Shown here: one piece after another, positions 41,283 through 53,701 of the stretch
Position numbering within the stretch: the stretch's first letter is position 1
Layout of the letters: every line of letters starts with the position of its first letter
NCBI GenBank assembly: GCA_020137815.1
Contig: CM035359.1
Location: 868,001 to 932,000 of the forward strand
DNA length: 64,000 bases
Direction: 5' to 3'
Source of the DNA: Hormiphora californensis
Lineage: Eukaryota; Animalia; Ctenophora
Made by a program: the position numbers and the translations under genes
Notes under the pieces: generated by a model
Database searches by the model: none
Seen by the model: the letters and a program-made list of their open reading frames with translations, nothing else
Told to the model about the DNA's origin: nothing

Positions 41283-41901
41283 GGAGAGAGAGAAAGAGAG
41301 AGTGGGGGGAAATGTGTGGTTGTGCACTGATTTACAGCTGCGTATTACGGAGGAAGAATGGACACATAGTAGAATCTGAGATCATTTACAAGGCAAGAGT
41401 AACTCTTTATATCTCTTTCTATCCTTTTTTCTGCTTTCTAGTTGGGCCATGGAGATAGAGCTCTAATTGCGACACAAAAAGAAGAGAAAAAGAAGATAGA
41501 TGTTGAATGTGATTGTTGAATAGTATTTTCATTCCTCAAACCTAACACAGATCTCTAGTAGCCCAATTATTTCATCTCTCTGCATTCCTTTGTACGACAA
41601 TGCTCGCGCTCCCCCCCCCCTCTCTAGCTCTCTCTCTCTCATCGTTTTCTCTCTCTCTCTCTTTCTCACGTTTAGGTGAAAACGAGGATAACTAGCGGGG
41701 AATGACCAAGAAAGTTCGAGAAAGAATTGCGGTGGGATTGCGGTACTGTTGCTCCAGCCTCCGTGAAGAAGAAAGTGACAATGAAAGAGAGAGAATGGGG
41801 AGAATGGGGAGATAGCGTGATCACGAAATGAGGAGTAAATCGTAACAATTTACGGCGCTCAGATAATATCGGCAATAACTAAATGGAGATCTGACAGAGG
41901 G

Positions 41902-41959
<58 letters not shown>

Positions 41960-43155
41960 CAAGAGAGAGAGTGAGTGGAGTAATTGGCCTGAGACTAAGA
42001 AGATATTGGAGAGAAACGAGAGATTATTTGGGGATTAAATAGATAGAGAGAGAGAGATGAGACGAAGAGAGGGAGAGAGAGATAGATAGATAGATAGAAA
42101 AAGAAGGGTAGTTACCCGAGATGGCCTCAGAGAGACATCAAGGAAACCAAATGACAGCTCTCTCTCTCTCTCTCTTGTTCTCTAATTAGAACTAAGACAC
42201 CCACACACACACAAGATGGGGTCTAATTACACTGCTAATTGGTTGAATTGGGAGTGGTGCACCATCATATAATGCCCCTAATGGCTACTCTAGAGAAAAC
42301 ACAGATACGACCGACTCATACAGCAGAGGTTCCGAGAAAGGGGGATGGAATTCCGGCCCTCGCATGAGACAAATCCCTTTTCAAGTCGTGGATAATTAGG
42401 AATATATTAATGAACAAGGTATTTGGGAGAGCCCGCAGGACGCTCAAACACAGTACCATCTGTTTGGGTTCTCAGTAGGTAATTCATCACAGACCCCCCC
42501 CCCCTCTTCGCAGATCATTAGTTGCTGAACAGAAACTTTTTAGACAAGAGCACGAGTTATTTGTTCTTCAAAATAAATTCCCCTTCCCTATCTCAAGCAA
42601 TTTTGCCAGCCAAAGTCTCGTGACAATGTGTATATATCTCTTGTTAAGAGCAACACTGTCTATACAACGCTTGGACTCAGTTGGCGTTAAACTGAAAAGA
42701 TAGGTGTAACAAGAATGGAATTCTTAAAATGTGTCTAGACAAATGACCTACTTTTCTCGTGACAACAAATGACATAACAAAGGGCGCTGAGAACCCCATT
42801 TGTGTGAACTAACAAGCAACTATACACATTTTAGAACCCCAGATGCAAGGATGGTTCTATGGTAGAATTTTCTCACAAGCAACTACCCAGACAGTAAACC
42901 TCACGAGAAAACAAGGGTAAACCACACACTCACTTTACACACACATCACCACTCTCAAGATACATACAACAGCCAATCAGAGGAGAGAGATTCAGGTCAT
43001 GTGACTTCGTTAGCCAATGAGGTGTGAGAATTGAGAAATGGTCACGTGATAATAAGTCCCTTATTAGAATTCCCGCGTAGTAGTGGCTCTGAAACAAAGC
43101 AAGAAAGAGCTTGTGTTGAGTGAAAGAGAGAAAGAGAGAGAGGGAGAGAGAGAGG

Positions 43156-43225
<70 letters not shown>

Positions 43226-43408
43226 TGTAAATTAAGTGGCACCAGAGCGATGACGGTTGTATTAGTAAATTAGGTGCTGGGCATCGAGTGTGGGGCGGGG
43301 GCACCAAAAAAAGATGGAGAGAGAAAGCAGACTGCAGGGAGAAAGCGGAGAGAGAGACAGGAGAGAGAAAAGCGGAGGAGAAGAGAGAAGAGAGAGAGGA
43401 TAGAAGCA

Positions 43409-43451
<43 letters not shown>

Positions 43452-44509
43452 GAGAGAGAAAGCGGTTGGGGGCGAATTGATCTTGATGGAGGTTCTCTCT
43501 TTGGCAATTATGCTTTATAAGGAAGCTTTCTCTCTCTTTCTCACTTTCTCTCACCCACTGTCTCGCAGCGGAAGGCCGAAGGGAGGGTAATATGATGAAC
43601 TAATTCAAGTACCCATCAATGAAGAAAGATGCTCGTGGACTAGCAAAAAAATAATCTTTACCGGAAACTTAGGCAGGACTCCAGGGAAAGATGGAGAGAA
43701 AAGAAGATGAAAATAAAAAAGATAGAGAAGATAGAGCTAAAGAGAGATAGAGGACAGACAGAGGAAAAAAGACCAATAAATTCAGCACGTGAATAATTCA
43801 TAATGATAATTGCGCTCCTCATGTGTCCGAATAAACGTGTACACTTCCTGTTCTTCCTCTAGCTTTATTATATATTCTCCTCTCTCTATCTCCCTCTCTC
43901 TCTCCCTCTCTCCCTCCCTCCCTCTATTTCGGTTTCTATACATCATTTATTGCAGGGCGGGTATTGCAAAATGAAGATCTCTTACTATAATAATAGGATA
44001 GGCCAAATGAACACATTTTTCATTCATTCAGGGCTGCAAATGGTCACTACAACAGAATGAAAGATAAGAGATAGTGAAAGCAGGTGGACTGTTTGAAAGA
44101 TATATGAATTTTGGGCTGGTGCTACTTCGTGTGAGACTTGAGAGACTAACCAGCAGAGAAATGCTTGGCTTAACATCTCTTTTAAGTAAAGATCTCTTTA
44201 CGGAAGGTTGTTATCGTGGTTATGTTTTGTAATAGTTCTAACCCCCGGCCTCCTTAACAATACATATAATATGTCGAGGGGCGCGGTGAAAGATTTTCGA
44301 GAAAGATAGACCGTAGACAACAAACATCTCTCTGTCTTTTACAACTACTTCTATCTGGGTAGATCTTAGCTACATATTTATCACAAGATCTCCACACTGC
44401 AGCTCTCTTTACAACATCTCTATACATGTAGCTAACCTAGCTGACTCGGCAGGATAGACATGTTCAACAGGACAAGGACATCTTTTAGAGAGGGAGGGAG
44501 AGAGAGGGA

Positions 44510-44580
<71 letters not shown>

Positions 44581-44611
44581 TGAGAGAGAGAGAGGGGGGA
44601 GAGAAGAGAGA

Positions 44612-44652
<41 letters not shown>

Positions 44653-46270
44653 GGAGAGATAGAGAGAGAGAGAACTTTGAAGAGGACGTTGAAGGATAAT
44701 CGCCGATAAACTCAGTCCAGATGGATAATGTTTTATGAGCGCAAGCAAGTTAGTGTGTGTATGTATTAGCCTAGAAATATAATGAGAGTGAAGGAAAGAG
44801 AAGAGAGGTAGGGAGAAAGTGAAAGAGAGGTAATAAGAGTTAGAGATGCACTTTAATAATCGAAAAGCTAGAGACTGACTGTCCAAGCAACAGCAGATCG
44901 TCGTGAAATGAGAACCAAGTCATGACCACTAAAAAAGAACCAACTTCACGTCGTGTGAAAGGTATTAGCCAGCTGATAATAAAAGGAGAAATGGAGTGAA
45001 GAATGGATAACTGGGAAGATATACAATGTGAGTTAACGAGAGAGATAGAGAGATAGAGAGATAGAGAGAGAGAGAGAGATAGAGGGAGAGAGAGAAAGAG
45101 AAAGAGGGATAGAAAGAGAGAGATAGAGAGAGAGAAGATACCGGAGGCATTAATACCCCACACGAAGAATATTGTTATATCCCACCCCAACACACACACT
45201 CACACACACCGTTCATCAAGTACTACTGCTGCACACTCACGCAAGATGCAAAAGATACCCCGAGAACCGATGTAAGAACTTTAACTACCGTGCTAACTGA
45301 AGCCGCGGGAAATTCTTAGACCAAAAGACCAAAAGTCAAAGACCAAATAGCCTAACCGAAGAAAGGTCAAACATAATTGTGAATTGAATCGTTTATTCGA
45401 CATATTACTATAGAATATGTGTAAGGGATAATTCAGAACGCCACAAACAGAGCAGCTCTCTGACTTGTGTGCGGAGGCTTGCACATACTGTAAGGACTGT
45501 CTGCCGTGCTCTATCTTTCTATCTTCTATCTATGTCTCTCGACTCTCTCTCTATCTTCTCTCTCTATCTTCTTTCTATGTCTATCTCTATCTTCTCTCTC
45601 TATCTCTCCCTCTCATATATCTGCAAATCGATCCTCTTTCTCCGTTTCGAGACAAGTGAAGATAATAGGAATGCCGAATGGTTCTCACTCCTTGCATATT
45701 ATATCCGTCTCGTCAGATTATTTCTCTCTACTTTTCTACCCCCTAGTGTGTCCCCGGCATCGGTATCGCATTGAAAGCAGATGCATGGAGAGAAAGGGAA
45801 ATGGAGGAAGAAATATGACGGACAGGTGGACAGGGAGCTGCCCCCAATTATACATGCAGATGTGTACACTCGGGGGGGGGGGGGGGAGGGAGAGATGGGT
45901 GAGAACTGAGGGAGAGAGATAGAGAGAGAGAGGGAGAGAGAGAGAGAGAGATAGATAGAGAAAAAGAGGATAGAAAAAGACAAAAGAAGGTCTTTTGTTT
46001 GACCTACCCCCCTCTCTTTGTTCCCCATTTTCTACATGGCATGGGGACGAAAGTCGGCGGGAAATCCTAATACCGCTCTGCCCCCCCCCCCCCCCCCCAG
46101 CTGGGGGTCCAAGCATCACTATACTGGGACTAACGAACATAAATCTGACAGCACCCTGTTTTTCCCAACATACCAGCACTGTTGAGTATTCAGAGAAAAG
46201 ACAGATAGTTGCGACAGAAGAAGGGGAGAGAGAGAAGAACAAATCTTTCATTCCTTCTCTCTCTCTCTCG

Positions 46271-46320
<50 letters not shown>

Positions 46321-47043
46321 ATGACGTTAACAAGATACCAAAATGGAAAATTGATTAACAAGGGCAATTAAAAAAGATGATATTTTAAACAGCCACGATC
46401 GGAAGTAGGAGTGAAGGACGAAAATACATCGGGTTAGTGTTATCAGATACACAAGAGAGAGGGAGTAATATATAGAAGAGTAAATTTACAAGTAGAAAAC
46501 TTTTTGAAATAGCTAAGAAAGGAGCCAGCATGGTACTAACAGCTGGTGATTGAGGTAAGAATGCTGGATATAGGATAAAATGAAAGCTGTCTATAATGAC
46601 AGATGGTATACGAATAGTCTCCCTCGAAATGTTAGTCACGTCACACACTACTGAAGTGCTACTTCAGATCTGCTTTTTATACGAGGGATACTGGACTCCC
46701 CCTTATCACAAGGGTGGGAGGAAGGGAAGAGATAAGATTGACGCAACTGCCTGGCTGGGAGAGGAAGAGAGAGGGGAGGATAGATGGAGAGAGAGGGAAA
46801 GAGAGGAGGGAAAGAAAAGTGAGCCGTATTACAGATAATGACGTCATATGAGAAGGGCCACTTCTTGATACGGGGCTAAGATGAAACGGCATTATGTTTC
46901 CAAAGGGGACCATGCGCCGGTACCCTTACCAAATCAGGCACAATAGTGATACGGATAATTGAATCAACTAATGAGCTGGGTTAAATTATGGAATTCTAGA
47001 AAGCACGAGTGAGACTGAGAATGAGAGAGGGGAGAGATAAAGG

Positions 47044-47102
<59 letters not shown>

Positions 47103-47517
47103 AGGGCGAGAGAGAGAGAGGAGGGAGAACCGAGAAGCATATTGGGAAGGTGTGCCTTGTTGGAACCCCATAAAAGGCTAAAAGAGAGGCCACAACCCCA
47201 GCGGGGGTTTGATGTCATGCATTAGGTATACGAGGGAGTGAGAGAGAGAGCGTTGTCAAATTAAAGTATTGGCGTGCAATGTCAATTTAGGGTGACACAC
47301 GCAACATTTGATTCAGCGCCCCGCCATTCCCACAACGCGACAACCAGACCGCAAAGTTACCTCACCAAGGACGTTTCGGAGAATTGGAAGAATTTAAATC
47401 GCGCGCGCGTTATTGGGAAAATAATATTTGCGCGTCAGATAACGGGGGCGCGCGGGATTGAAGTGATGATGGCAAGCTTTCATTGCGTGTCATCCCTCGC
47501 GCGTTACGTTTACTAAC

Positions 47518-48631
47518 CCGTGGGATCTGTGAAGCTGTATGTACCGGCTGTCGAGATGGGATATCTGAAAGGGATGGGGGAATCAGTAATAAACCTTTCA
47601 TACACTCGAACTTAAATTGATGCTAAATTATTCTCTAAGTAATCTAACGAGAATATGAGTCGAGATCGTCAGATCGCGTTGAGTGACAAGTAATGTTTTC
47701 TGACATTGACCACATGCATGTCACACACACATACAGTGTTGGTCAAATCAATTACATACAGTTGGACCCCGATTTACCGGGATCCATGATGTCTGGCTGT
47801 AGAATACCTGGTCGAGATGGGGTAGACCGTGGTCCAATACTTGGTCCAATGTGAACTAGAGATGTTGTCTGCTCCTGGAATTGAATTGATGTGATATTCA
47901 GGGCTGAGAACACATGGCTCTCAGAGATCGCGATCTGTTGGAACTTCTCCAGCAGTTCTCTGCTGGTCGTCATAGAAATCAAAAACTCCTGAAATGAACA
48001 AAGTGATTAATGTGTTGTTCGAAAGTAAGGGTGGATCAAGGCAATGTTTAATTATAATTTATGCTTGTTAAGTATCAGTTAGTTTATACGGAATCGACCG
48101 TCCCTCTTCCCCTTTGAACAAGAACATGACATGCTGAAATTCTAATGACAGTGTAAAAGTGTAGACACCCTGTTTTCTAGTGACGATGGCGATGAAAGTG
48201 GCTAGACAGGGCCGGGCCGGGATACAGTGTGTATCACCAAATAAAAAGTATTTTCGTCTCACAAACTATAAACTAGGATTCAGCTTGCTAGATTTATTCG
48301 ATTATTTTTCACTGGCTATGAATAAAAAACGTCGAGGTTACTCATGTGGGTTTGTAGGTACAGTCGGACCCCGATTTAGTGGCCCCCGATTTAGTGGCAC
48401 CCCGATTTAGTGGCAGGATTTTTTGCCCCCGATATAAGAATTTAACATTATTTGAACCCGATTTAGTGGCACCCCGATTTACTGGCAGTATTTTTTCCCC
48501 CGAGGATGATAAATCGGGGTCCGACTGTACCTTCATCGCTCCAAGATCGTGAACCTTGATCCCCGACCCTGTGTGATTTCTACTGATCTCGGTATCAGTT
48601 TCATACTGATGATCGGCCAATATGATACTGT
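47518..48631 (-). CDS. three in-phase orphan exons of an unidentified gene (48631-48531, 47988-47808, 47564-47518)
   Basis: GT-AG boundaries join without stops: xSIILADHQYE..GAMK|EFLISMTTSRELLEKFQQ..PSRP|DIPSRQPVHTASQIPR. Confidence 0.5.
48361..48527. mobile_element. Tc1/mariner(pogo)-like MITE family B (CAGTCG ends)
   Basis: TA|CAGTCGGACCCCGATTTA...TAAATCGGGGTCCGACTG|TA; partial copies near 19000, 22703, 23225 and 47758. Confidence 0.85.
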
Positions 48632-48920
48632 CTTGAATAAACATGAATTTGTAAAACCCTTTATCATAGAGAGAAAATCAAGTACTGTTAGAATTTCTCT
48701 ACATTTTCTTCCCAAAAATTCCAGTTCCTTTCCTTTCAGTTTCACAAGCATCTCTCAAAGCATAATTACATTCACACATATTGTTTTTCTCTCTCCGTGC
48801 ATCTCCCAGAACCGGCCCTCGTTTCACTCATCTTGTGAGTACAGAAGAAAAACATCCTACCAAGTACCTGCTACGAAAACACTAAAGAATAAAATGTTCG
48901 AAGTTCATATTCTAGATATA

Positions 48921-49553
48921 TTAGCGCAACCATTGGGTGCGCCTGAAATAAGGGCTTTTTGATAACCCACCCGGCTTCGCCGGGTGTTTCTTTTCGCCCC
49001 TTTCAACGTCAATAACACGGTTGCCATGGCATCTGAATTGGTGACTACGGGGACTGGCATGTTAAAATTCATTCGAAAATATCAACAAACTTCTACTGGA
49101 AGTTCCAAAAGTGTAAACAAAAGCTTTACAGCTTTGGGCACATAAAGTGTTTTATGAAGGAGCACTGTCGCGTAGAAACGCACTGAACGAACGGCCACTT
49201 CGACGTTCATCTCCAAATTATAATAGAGACTAGCGCACCCATTGGGTGCGCCTCAAGTAAGGGCTTTTCGATAACCCACCCGGCTTCGCCGGGTGGTTCT
49301 TTTTGCCCCTTTCAACGTCTAAAAAACGGTTGCCATGGCAACTGAATTGGTAACTATGGGGACTGACATGTTAAAAGTCATTCGAAAATATTAACAAACT
49401 TCCACTGGAAGTTCCAAAGTAAAGTTCCAAAGTAAAGTGTGAATGACAGCTTATACAGCTTTGGTCATATGAAGTGTTTTATGAAGGAGCACTGTCGCGT
49501 AGAAACGCACTGAACGAACGACTTCGACGTTCATCTCCAAATTATAATAGAGA
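48921..49553 (-). mobile_element. non-autonomous Helitron, head-to-tail dimer (48921-49229, 49230-49553)
   Basis: On the minus strand each unit starts TC and ends with hairpin GCGCACCCAATGGGTGCGC plus CTAG/CTAA. The junction is CTAG|TC, the insertion lies between A and T, and there is no TSD. Confidence 0.85.
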
Positions 49554-49664
49554 TGTTTTATTTATGGTAAAACATTGATTGCCGCGAAAAGGAATGAACG
49601 AAACACGTGATTGTACAATGGCTTACTACTGTGTGTTCTTCTGTGTCTGAAGTATGATTTGTTT

Positions 49665-49775
49665 TAGGAACAGACCAAAACAAGTAAACAACCAATCAGA
49701 ACTCGTTATTTAGGTCACGTGACTGGTTATCAGCCAATCATGGGGACCAGCATTTCCTGATTCGGTCGGTTTCTG
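49665..49775 (-). mobile_element. hAT-like MITE copy
   Basis: 8-bp TSD atttgttt. Confidence 0.85.
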
Positions 49776-49942
49776 ATTTGTTTGTTTGTTTGTCAGAAGT
49801 ACGAGGCAAAAATTAAATCTAATACGCACAAGCTACATAGGACAGGGGGGGCATGTGTCAAAATTGACGTATTTTATTGGGGCCCCCAATATAATAGTAA
49901 TATGTACTTGGTTACGAAGTTACCCCCTCCCTTGCCAGCGAC

Positions 49943-50276
49943 GTGTCTGACGGTGTATAAGGTCCAAATGAGGCACGGAGTTTTTCTGAATCAGCTTTTC
50001 AAGACGAATCCAACGCAACCGGAATTAGCTTTCTATCTTATCGGGAAGGTGTGGTTCATTTTTTTCATTTTTGGCCGCGCGAGCCAATCAGAGGGCTGGA
50101 TTTCGAAATTCTGGCCTCTGATTGGCTCGCACAGCAAAAATGACTAAAAATGAGTGTGAGTGAACCAAACCTTCCCGATGAGATAGAAAGCTAATTCCGG
50201 TTGCGTTGGATTCGTCTTGAAAAGCTGATTCAGAAAAACTCCGTGCCTCATTTGGACCTTATACACCGTCAGACAC
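49943..50276. mobile_element. palindromic MITE
   Basis: GTGTCTGACGGTGTATAAGG...CCTTATACACCGTCAGACAC with ~115-bp arms and an inner hairpin. Confidence 0.75.
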
Positions 50277-50362
50277 TGGCCCAGCGTGCGAAGATCGCGA
50301 GTTGAGAACATGAAACATGCTGCCAGACCAAACCCAAAGAACCGAGACAAACCCCACAAAAC

Positions 50363-50500
50363 CAACCTCCAAACCAAACAACCAGCAAACCTCCACCAAA
50401 CCTCCAAACCTCCACCAACCTCCAAACCTCCAAACCTCCAACAACCTCCAAAACTCCACCAAACCTCCAAACCTCCACCAACCTCCAAACCTCCAAACCT
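50363..50500. repeat. aaacctcc-type minisatellite
   Basis: Tandem 7-11-bp units. Confidence 0.85.
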
Positions 50501-50611
50501 AAACGCAACCTTAACCACACCTAACACCGTCAAACACTAAGAGATCCGGAACAGCGGAAAGACCGAGACCCTCCGTCCACTAAGATGGTAATAAGGGGAT
50601 GTTTCAGCTTG

Positions 50612-51541
50612 ACCGGGAAAAAATGTGTAACAAGAGTTTTCCAACGCCATTGTACTCAGAATTGACCCCTCTAACGATCCCAGCCAATGCTCAAATTGAG
50701 CAGAGGGTGCTAAGGCCTCATTTCCTGGTGGGCGTGGTACCTGTGTTTTCAACCTGAGGCCAAAACCATAAGTACCCTTAAAATAGGAGTAGAGATAAAA
50801 TTGAGGGCACTAAAGTGATCAGCGTCGTCGCATTAGTGGGGGTAGGTGCCGGAATTAAGTCTCTATCTCATCTGGTTAATTAGATAATTGGATAATTAGG
50901 TTTGCGCATAACCGTTTTTTGGCAATACGGCTATAGCCACTTAAGAATGGTTTGGAGACTTTTCATTGGTGCCATTTTGTAGCTAAAGCGAATTTATGGG
51001 GGGTCGACGTCGGACTTTTAAACTCTATCATCAACCGTTTAACCGTTATCTGGCTTTTAAGATGCTACAAATGAGCAAAATACGGTAAAAAGCCTGATTT
51101 TGAACACTGTTAAAGCCAAACAACGGCTAAACGGTTGAAGATAGAGCTTAAAAGTCCGACGTCGACCCCCCATAAATTCGCTTTGCCTACAAAATGGCAC
51201 CAATGAAAAGTCTCCAAACCATTCTTAAGTGGCTATAGCCGTATTGCCAAACCCAATTATCCAATTATCTAATTAACCAGATGAGATAGAGACTTAATTC
51301 CGGCACTTACCCCCACTCATGCGACGACGCTGATCACTTTAGTGCCCTCGATTTTATCTCTACTCCTATTTTAAGGGTACTTATGGTTTTGGCCTCAGGT
51401 TGAAAACACAGGTACCACGCCCACCCGGAAATGAGGCCTTAGCACCCTCTGCTCAATTTGAGCATTGGCTGGGATCGTTAGAGGGGTCCATTCTGAGTAC
51501 AATGGCGTTGGAAAACTCTTGTTACACATTTTTTCCCCGGT
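50612..51541. mobile_element. ~930-bp palindromic (foldback) element, superfamily unassigned
   Basis: ~440-bp inverted arms; mirror ORFs 50537- and 51400+; no clear TSD. Confidence 0.75.
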
Positions 51542-51679
51542 TTGGGCAAAAATTGTCGTTAAATCCCCTTATTAATGGTAAATGTGGACACTCGCCAGAA
51601 ACCGAGACTCAGATCGAACTCATCAGCCGTAAACCTGACACCGTTTCGGGGCTTTAATTCGGTACGGGTACACAAGGTA

Positions 51680-52225
51680 CTAAGTCAGGCGCCCCGGCAA
51701 TCTCGATAATCTGAGACCACCGTTCGATCTATACCCAGTTGCCCGGAATGAATGTGTCGACTGGGATCCCTCACTGCCTCCCCCTTTGACAGGTTTATGA
51801 CAGTAAGGGTACACCCGTCCAAACACACACTCCACTGCGAGGGCGAGTCTCAACCACTTCACTGCCTCCACTACTCCACATTCCTGTACTCCCACTCTTT
51901 CTTCGCCGAATGGAAGTAGATCCACATGGAACAGTGAGCAGCCTCTTTCCCCGTATCCTTAACCAGCTTCCTAAGACCCCTCCCTCTAAACCCAAGACGA
52001 GAAGCTGCTCTAACCAGACTATCCGCGACCTGCCCTCGAGCCCCAACCTCAGCTCTACCGCCATATTAAAACACCTCCACCCATTAGACTCACACTCCCT
52101 CTCAAGGTCCGTGTACCGTTCAATCTTGAGAGTATGGGCATCCCCTATTCTCTCTTCTGCAGGGCAAGTGAGCTCCCACCAGATCACCGTCTTTACCTCT
52201 CGCTGTTGCAGTACTTCTTTCCGGC
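51680..52225 (-). mobile_element. 5'-truncated non-LTR retrotransposon remnant (restriction-like endonuclease domain plus 3' UTR)
   Basis: KTVIWWELTCPAEERIGDAHTLKIERYTDLERECESNGWRCFNMAVE/VGARG matches the ELTxPxE...KxxKY...VEVGxRG RLE motif; frameshifted. Confidence 0.8.
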
Positions 52226-53701
52226 AGATTGAAATCATATTTAGCCATATTTGTCAATGTATACTACATGATAATACTATATCATACTATTATTAAAGCA
52301 AATAGGGAAATCCTGTGTGACGTTTTTTACCTTATATGGCATTTAGCACGTGCAGGTTTAGAGGAGGACTGTGGAGTACTATTGTAGTGGGGCAAGGGGT
52401 CGGAGCCGTTGCCAATCGCTGTTGCTACTATACTGCACGTGCACGTGCATTTGATCTTGCTTTAGTTTGTGTCACTGTTCCAGCTAATATGCTCTCTTCA
52501 ACAACTGTTGATATACGACAGCGACAATTGGAGTTATTCACGCAAGATCTCACTACACCACCATTCTCTACTTTTCCATACACCGAGAGGTTTAAATGCA
52601 GCAACACCAAAAGAAGTGCAGAGAGAACGAACAAGAGGTTAAACAGAACCGATGATCAATCTCAGAGATTAAGGCAGATGAATACTGCAAACAGACGAAA
52701 TAGTAAGTTCTTATGAAACCCGATAGCAGATTTATCAGTCGTCTGAAGATTTTGCGCGCTCATGATAACTGCTAACTGGGGGATTTAACACCCTGCTCGC
52801 TGTTTAACAGTCCCGCTCTCTTTTTCACGCATTTCTCTTCATTTGAATAACATGCGTGTAAAATTCTAAGTATTGAAAATGTGTGTAAACACACAGTTCT
52901 GTCAACAAAAGAAAGGGGAACATGTCTGCAACACGTTTCAATGTTATCTCTCTCATAAAGAGTGAAAAGAATCACATTCCATTCATTTCTCTCTCTCATT
53001 TTCTCTTTTACTGTTCACTACCTCTGACAGTGTGTATTGCCCCCAATCTTGCTCTCTCTTTCTCAAACATGTTAGGAACAGTAGACACTAAGTCTACACA
53101 CATTTTCACGGTGTCTGTTGACTAATTGCCAGCAGTCCTAGTACATGATAATACATGGACCGTGTGGTAGTGCTGCAGTTATATACACGCATTCTGCGAA
53201 TGAACTTGAGTGCTACAATCATTCATTATGACAAGTTGCAATGTGCTGATCGCTCAGTCTGGCTACCCCTATGATTCATTTGGTGCAAGATTTTGAAATT
53301 GAGCTACAAAGTTACCATGGTAACAAATGGAGGTTTGTAAGGATATAAGCGCAGCTCCATTCAGTGATCCCAGACATGATAAGAGTGTACAACAATGCTC
53401 CTATGAGACGAAATCCCTTTTTTTAACTTTCACTTATTCACTTGCTTCTTAATTCTACCATCATGATTATAATATGTAGTACATATTATGGATGACTACT
53501 TTTTATTGATTGATATAGTTGGAGCAAGGAGACAGCCGGACGATGAGAGTAACTCCCTGCAGTATGTGTGGTAAAAGCTGATATGCAATGTCTCGAATAG
53601 TCTTACTTGTCAAGTAACGAGCTTGATTCTTACTAGTCATACATGACAGTACACATGGTAGGAGGAGAATGGAGATCATATATTATTATTAGGAGAACAT
53701 A

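Noticed and set aside
42833-42880. ttag|EPQMQGWFYGR as the missing next RABGGTA exon
   Set aside because: Spacing and residues do not match DP.DQS.WFY.RWL, and there is no supporting continuation.
40200-47220. Numerous ER/SL-rich ORFs
   Set aside because: They are translations of (GA)n/(CT)n microsatellites.
52336-52716. Overlapping 126-aa (+) and 68-aa (-) ORFs
   Set aside because: No recognisable motif and no consistent splice phase; cannot be supported as coding.
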